Shown here: positions 59,397-64,000 of the stretch, in pieces
Position numbering within the stretch: position 1 is the first letter of the stretch
Layout of the letters: each line of letters opens with the position of its first letter
Assembly (NCBI GenBank): GCA_035487275.1
Contig: DATHMG010000035.1
Span: forward strand, 72,128 to 136,127
DNA length: 64,000 bases
Source of the DNA: Candidatus Acidiferrum sp.
Lineage (GTDB): Bacteria > Acidobacteriota > Terriglobia > Acidiferrales > UBA7541
Direction of reading: 5' to 3'
The notes under the pieces: generated by a model
Told to the model about the DNA's origin: nothing
Databases searched by the model: none
What the model saw: only the letters and a program-made list of their open reading frames with translations
Translations under genes and position numbers: made by a program

Positions 59397-60782
59397 CTAC
59401 GGTGTTTTGGGGTTCGCGGCGACTGGCGCGCGTTTTTTCCAATAGGCGCGAAGCTGGCCAACCAAGTAAAGGGAGCCACAAATGAAGATGGCGTCCTGGG
59501 GTTGAGCCTTGGCTAACACATGGTCCAAGGCTGTTTCGGCTTCGGGGATAGTTTCGGAGTGTCGTGCGTGATGCCCAGCGATCTCCGCTAACTGAGAAGC
59601 AGAGATAGCCCGGGGCGTGCGTGGCTCGGTGAAGACCACTTCGGCGGCCAGCGGAAACAGTTGCCCGGCTACCTCGTCCACGGACTTGTCTCGCAGCGCT
59701 CCGTAGATAAGCCAGATTTTGCGTGAGGCGAAATTCTGGGTGAGAAATGACGCCAATTCGCGAGCAGCGGCGGGATTATGCGCGCCATCGAGATACACAT
59801 CCGGATGCGCATGCAGTTTTTCGAGGCGTCCGGGCCACACGGTGTTCGCGATGCCGGAAGCGATGGCCTCGTCCGCGACGTGCAAGCCGCGAGCGGCGAG
59901 TACGTGCGCGGCTGCTACAGCGTTAAGCGCGTTCTGCACCTGGAAATGGCCAGGTAAGGATGGGGAGATATCAAGTGACCAGCCGGACGAGAATTTTTCA
60001 ATGGTGGCTGTGACGCTTCCTGCTAGAACACTTTCTGAACTTACCCGTCGCGCGCTGACCGGCCTTTCGTGAATTCGATATGCGACATTGGTTTCGATGA
60101 CCGGACAGCTTAGCGCTTGGGCGCGTTTGAGGATTACTTCGCGGGCTTCGGGAAGTTGTTGAGCGACCACGACCGGGGTGTTTGGCTTTAGAATGCCGGC
60201 CTTCTCCGTTGCAATTTCATGTAAGGAGTGACCCAGGAAATTTTCATGGTCAAAATCAACGGGTGTAATGATGGTTACAGCCGGCGCCAGAATATTTGTG
60301 GCGTCGAGACGCCCCCCGAGCCCCACTTCGAAAACTGCAAAATCCACGCGTTGCCGCGCGAAATGTTCCATGGCCATGGCCGTGACGCACTCGAAATAGG
60401 TGGGGTGAGCGCGCAATTTGCCGTCGGCAAGCAGTTGCTCTACGGTCTCGTGGATTCGAGTGAAGACGGCGGCAAAATCCCTGTCGCCGATTTCTTTCCC
60501 ATCGTTACGGATGCGTTCGTTTATTTTTTCGAGATGAGGCGAAGTATTGAGGCCCGTCCGCAGCCCGGCGTGCCGCAGAATCGATTCCAGAAACGCGGCC
60601 GTCGATCCTTTGCCATTGGTGCCCGCGATATGAGCGCTGGAATAAGCACGACTGGGATGACCGAGGCGTTCATCGAGAACCGCTATATTTTCCAGATTGA
60701 ATTTGGCTGCGGCGGCTTGCGTGGGTGCGGCTAGTTCGCGGCCAAGAGAAAGCAAATAAGTTACCGCGGCGGCGTAATCCAT
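59397..60782 (-). CDS. folC: Dihydrofolate/folylpolyglutamate synthase
   Basis: HIAGTNGKGS, TSPHL, EVGLGGRLDATN, WPGRLE and DGAHNP. Confidence 0.96.
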   Translation of the reverse strand: MDYAAAVTYLLSLGRELAAPTQAAAAKFNLENIAVLDERLGHPSRAYSSAHIAGTNGKGSTAAFLESILRHAGLRTGLNTSPHLEKINERIRNDGKEIGDRDFAAVFTRIHETVEQLLADGKLRAHPTYFECVTAMAMEHFARQRVDFAVFEVGLGGRLDATNILAPAVTIITPVDFDHENFLGHSLHEIATEKAGILKPNTPVVVAQQLPEAREVILKRAQALSCPVIETNVAYRIHERPVSARRVSSESVLAGSVTATIEKFSSGWSLDISPSLPGHFQVQNALNAVAAAHVLAARGLHVADEAIASGIANTVWPGRLEKLHAHPDVYLDGAHNPAAARELASFLTQNFASRKIWLIYGALRDKSVDEVAGQLFPLAAEVVFTEPRTPRAISASQLAEIAGHHARHSETIPEAETALDHVLAKAQPQDAIFICGSLYLVGQLRAYWKKRAPVAANPKTP

Positions 60783-60794
60783 TTTCTGCGCTAG

Positions 60795-61643
60795 TCAGTT
60801 CAGCAAGAGGTCGAGCGAGGTACCGATGAAAGACTTCAGATCCTTGCGCAGCACGATAGCATCCAGAAATCCGTGCTCCAGCAGAAATTCCGAACGCTGG
60901 AAACCTTCGGGCAATTTCTGGCCGATGGTTTGTTCGATTACGCGTGGGCCCGCGAAACCGATCAATGCGCCGGGCTCGGCGATATTCAGGTCACCGAGCA
61001 TGGCGAAGCTGGCTGTAACGCCGCCGGTGGTCGGATCCGTGAGCAAGGAGATATAAGGCAGCCGAGCATCATCGAGCTTGGCGAGTGCCGCGGAAACTTT
61101 TGCAAGTTGCATCAAGCTGATCGTACCTTCCATCATGCGTGCGCCGCCAGAACAGGACACGGCAATAAACGGTTGGCGCGTTTCGATGGCCAGCTCGATG
61201 CCGCGAGTCACCTTTTCTCCCACGACCGCGCCCATGGAGCCGCCGATGAATCCAAACTCCATCGCGCAGATAACTACCGGGCGGCCGTTCAATTGGCCTT
61301 CCGCGGTGATGATCGCGTCGTTCATTCCTAATTTTTTGCGCGCTTCCCTGAGGCGCGTGGCGTATGGCTTGGTATCGGTAAAATTCAGCGGATCCGAGGA
61401 AGTCATGCCCGCATCGTGCTCCGTGTAACGTCCATCCAGCAGCGTTTCCAGGCGCTTTTTGGCATCCATTTTGAAATGGAATTGGCACTTCGGGCAGACG
61501 AAAAGATTCTCTTCCAAGTCTTTGCGGAAAACGATGGTGCGGCAGGAGTCGCATTTGACCCACAGGCCTTCCGTGCGCACCCGGCGTTCTTCAGGCGGAG
61601 TGCTCTGTTCGATGGCTTTCTTGTCGCGTTTAAACCAGGTCAT
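60795..61643 (-). CDS. accD: Acetyl-CoA carboxylase carboxyltransferase beta subunit
   Basis: CX2C...CX2C zinc finger, GGSMG, SGGARM, PTTGGV and GFAGPRVI. Confidence 0.97.
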   Translation of the reverse strand: MTWFKRDKKAIEQSTPPEERRVRTEGLWVKCDSCRTIVFRKDLEENLFVCPKCQFHFKMDAKKRLETLLDGRYTEHDAGMTSSDPLNFTDTKPYATRLREARKKLGMNDAIITAEGQLNGRPVVICAMEFGFIGGSMGAVVGEKVTRGIELAIETRQPFIAVSCSGGARMMEGTISLMQLAKVSAALAKLDDARLPYISLLTDPTTGGVTASFAMLGDLNIAEPGALIGFAGPRVIEQTIGQKLPEGFQRSEFLLEHGFLDAIVLRKDLKSFIGTSLDLLLN

Positions 61644-61662
61644 AGATCGTCAGCAGCGCGGA

Positions 61663-62199
61663 CTAGTAGTCGACTCCCCGCCGCGCCAGTATACCCTTCG
61701 TGTACGGATGCTTCACCTCACGCATCTCGGTGACCAGATCGGCCAGCTCAGTTATCAGTGGGTGAGCATTTCTGCCTGTGCAGATTACGTGAACGCACTC
61801 CGGTCGATCTTTTAACGCCTTCGCAACTTCATGCGGATCGAGCATTTTGTAACTGATGGTGTAATTGATTTCGTCGAGTATCACCAGATCGTATTTTCCG
61901 CCGTAGATTGCTTCGCGGCCTGCCTGCCAACACTCCTGCGCCAGCTTAATATCTTCCGGATCAGTTTCCGCGCCTCCGATCTTTACGAAGCCACGGCCCA
62001 TGGGCCGAATTTCAAATTTGTCGTCGCCCAGCATTTTGGCGGCGTCCAGCTCGCCGTAATGCCAGGAGCCTTTGATGAATTGCACCATCAAAACGCGCAA
62101 GCCCTGGCCTACAGCGCGAAATGCCGTACCCAGCGCGCAAGTGGTCTTACCCTTGCCGGGCCCGGTGTAAACGATAAGCAATCCCTTTTCTTCCGGCAT
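61663..62199 (-). CDS. cobO: Cob(I)alamin adenosyltransferase (BtuR/CobO)
   Basis: YTGPGKGKTT, QFIKG, LDEIN, TGRNA and ADLVTEM..VKHPY. Confidence 0.93.
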   Translation of the reverse strand: MPEEKGLLIVYTGPGKGKTTCALGTAFRAVGQGLRVLMVQFIKGSWHYGELDAAKMLGDDKFEIRPMGRGFVKIGGAETDPEDIKLAQECWQAGREAIYGGKYDLVILDEINYTISYKMLDPHEVAKALKDRPECVHVICTGRNAHPLITELADLVTEMREVKHPYTKGILARRGVDY

Positions 62200-62309
62200 C
62201 AGGGTCCGATCCACTGGTGTGGGTTATTGGCGAAACGCAACGAAGTTTGCGGATTGCATCCGGAAACGTCAAGAGCTACCACGCGAATAACGCCTGAAAA
62301 AGTTTCAGT

Positions 62310-62753
62310 CTATTCCAATTGCAGCCGCTTAACGAGTTCCCCGGCGATGCAATGGATGCGGTCTTGCGTGGCTGCAGGCATGGCTGTTTTCGTTTTTGCA
62401 TGTGGGTCGGACAATACGATCCACAAGCCGGGGCGGTAAACTTCATCATCTCCGGGACAAATCGCACCGGTCAATTGAACAAGTTCAAGCGCGGGAGGCT
62501 TTGAATGCGTGAAATCAAGCTTCGCATTTTCGGGAGAGCCTGCCTGAAAAGGTGGGTGAACCAACAGATCCATCAAAACACCGCGAGCGTCGTCGACGAG
62601 ATCGCGAAAGCCCTGCGAAACCAAAATGAAGTCGACGTCGCGCGGCGTCGGCTGCTCCAGTTGATCGAGATCGTAATCGGGCAAAGGCTTGTCGAGAGGG
62701 ATTTCGATCGTGGCTGAGGGCTGATTTACGTCGGCGATAATGCGAATGGACAT
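62310..62753 (-). CDS. Hypothetical acidic protein
   Basis: ORF directly downstream of rlmH on the same strand; no family recognised. Confidence 0.7.
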   Translation of the reverse strand: MSIRIIADVNQPSATIEIPLDKPLPDYDLDQLEQPTPRDVDFILVSQGFRDLVDDARGVLMDLLVHPPFQAGSPENAKLDFTHSKPPALELVQLTGAICPGDDEVYRPGLWIVLSDPHAKTKTAMPAATQDRIHCIAGELVKRLQLE

Positions 62754-62777
62754 AGTTGCTGCTTTCGAGTGCACAAA

Positions 62778-63206
62778 CTACTTTGGATAGGCGCTGCCGG
62801 CGAGAATTGAAAAAGCACGGTAGAGCTGCTCTGCGAGCATAACACGCGCAAGTTCGTGCGAGTAGGTCATGGCGCTAAGCGATAACTGTTGCTGAGCCTG
62901 GCGCCGAATGTCTTCGGGGAAGCCCTCGGCTCCCCCGCACACGAAGATCAATTGGCGCGTGCTTCGGTCGCGATGCTCACCAAGCCATTTGGCAAAGCCG
63001 TTAGAGTCCAGGCTTTTTCCCGCATCGTCCAACAGAACGACAGTGGACGGCTGGTCGAAGGCAAACTTTTTTAGCGCCGCTTCCGATTCGCGCAGCTCCA
63101 TAACTTCGATGGGCGCAGAACGACTGATGCGTTTGACATAATCGTCGATGATCGCCCGAAGCTCCGGCCGGCGAGTTTTGCCAAGCATGACCAGCTGCAG
63201 ACGCAT
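62778..63206 (-). CDS. rlmH: 23S rRNA (pseudouridine-1915-N3)-methyltransferase
   Basis: GGAEG, LSLSAMTYSH and EQLYRA; follows rsfS. Confidence 0.95.
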   Translation of the reverse strand: MRLQLVMLGKTRRPELRAIIDDYVKRISRSAPIEVMELRESEAALKKFAFDQPSTVVLLDDAGKSLDSNGFAKWLGEHRDRSTRQLIFVCGGAEGFPEDIRRQAQQQLSLSAMTYSHELARVMLAEQLYRAFSILAGSAYPK

Positions 63207-63220
63207 TTTTTATTAGGCCA

Positions 63221-63658
63221 TCAGGAAACTGCTTCGCCCGGGAACCGTTCGGAGTCTCCAGCGCTGCGGCGGGTCACGCTATCGTGGCCCAGGCTCTCGG
63301 GGGAATCCGGGATTTCCAGTTTCGGCGCCGAACGCCACAGGCGCTCCAGATCGTAATAGCGCCTAGCCTGTTCGCTGAACACGTGGACGACGAACCCTCC
63401 AAAATCAAGGAGCGCCCATTCGGCGGAACGCTGCCCTTCGCGATGCTCTGGCGAGCGCTGCGCGTGTTTATACAATTGCTCTTCGACCTCGCTGCAAATG
63501 GCTTGCACCTGCGGAGTGCTGAAGCCGGTACAAATGACGAAGTACTCCGTGAACGCGCCCAGGCCGCTCAAATCAAGGACCGTGATTGCTCCGGCTTTTT
63601 TTTCCTGAGCTGCATGAACGGCCAGTTGCACACCTTTTGGAAAGGATTCTAGTTTCAC
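63221..63658 (-). CDS. rsfS: Ribosome silencing factor
   Basis: EKKA, YFVICTG, WALLDFG and VHVF....RRYYDLERLW; GTG overlaps the nadD stop. Confidence 0.94.
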   Translation of the reverse strand: MKLESFPKGVQLAVHAAQEKKAGAITVLDLSGLGAFTEYFVICTGFSTPQVQAICSEVEEQLYKHAQRSPEHREGQRSAEWALLDFGGFVVHVFSEQARRYYDLERLWRSAPKLEIPDSPESLGHDSVTRRSAGDSERFPGEAVS

Positions 63659-64000
63659 TGGTATAACCTTTGTTTCAGAATGTATTCCTCTACGCGGGCA
63701 GCCACAAGCCCGTGAATGGATTGACCGCGATTCGCGCGGCGGCGAATATCTGTTGCGGAAATATCGCTGTTCACGTTTTCCAGAAGATATACCGTGCTGC
63801 GATGTAGATGAGCTACCACCAGCGAAGGGTGCGCAGCTTCGGTTTCTTTTTTTAAATCCGGGCGCGCAATCGAGTCCGGCGGAATCACCAGCCGTAGCGC
63901 CTCCGGACGAATGCCTGGGCGATTGGCGACGATGAAATCGCACAAGCCCAGAAGCGTCTCGTATTCCTTCCACATCGGAATGTCCAGAAAAGCGTCCGCG
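63655..64000 (-). CDS. nadD: Nicotinate-nucleotide adenylyltransferase, C-terminal part (runs off the window)
   Basis: W...FIVANRPG, DISATDIR and VEEYI...LY; canonical nadD-rsfS-rlmH order. Confidence 0.92.
   Translation of the reverse strand, partial: ADAFLDIPMWKEYETLLGLCDFIVANRPGIRPEALRLVIPPDSIARPDLKKETEAAHPSLVVAHLHRSTVYLLENVNSDISATDIRRRANRGQSIHGLVAARVEEYILKQRLYQ

Noticed and set aside
63659-63973. Long N-terminal extensions in the ORF track (rsfS to 63973; also TolC to 27596, amidohydrolase to 40378, SDR to 56765)
   Set aside because: They overlap upstream genes or intergenic DNA, and better downstream starts with SD or stop-overlap exist
1-64000. CRISPR arrays, rRNA, tRNA, prophage or defence islands
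   Set aside because: No repeat-spacer periodicity, cloverleaf-like sequence, phage genes or defence genes were seen by eye

Overview
Chromosomal, mostly housekeeping DNA from a moderately GC-rich bacterium. Gene content and the mobile relics suggest Acidobacteriota, which is an inference and not a database result. It carries amrB, a FecR-like exported protein, a complete argRCBDFGHJ operon with an ARG box on its promoter, lipA, hpnH and a solo sucA. A Pho locus (phoBR-phoU-porin ... pstSCAB-phoU) is split by an oppositely oriented RND efflux cassette. The right half holds an acyl-CoA carboxylase cluster, several hydrolases, hslVU, a GMC oxidoreductase and a long minus-strand run nadD-rsfS-rlmH-hyp-cobO-accD-folC-purE-purK-C26-SDR. 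I saw no rRNA, tRNA or CRISPR array. The most interesting signals are five: (1) a small bacterial protein with the motif pattern of archaeal/eukaryotic ribosomal protein eL13 but with acidified basic patches, close to RRM, Tudor-like and Sm-like small genes; (2) a membrane-targeted leader ORF ending in LWFRPPP in front of the RND operon, a candidate ribosome-arrest regulator; (3) a recurring 11-bp-period Pho box, with one copy that has no downstream gene; (4) an IS110 relic fused to a group IIC intron-like 5' end that sits right after a terminator; (5) a three-hairpin candidate sRNA. All family calls come from motif recognition by eye.
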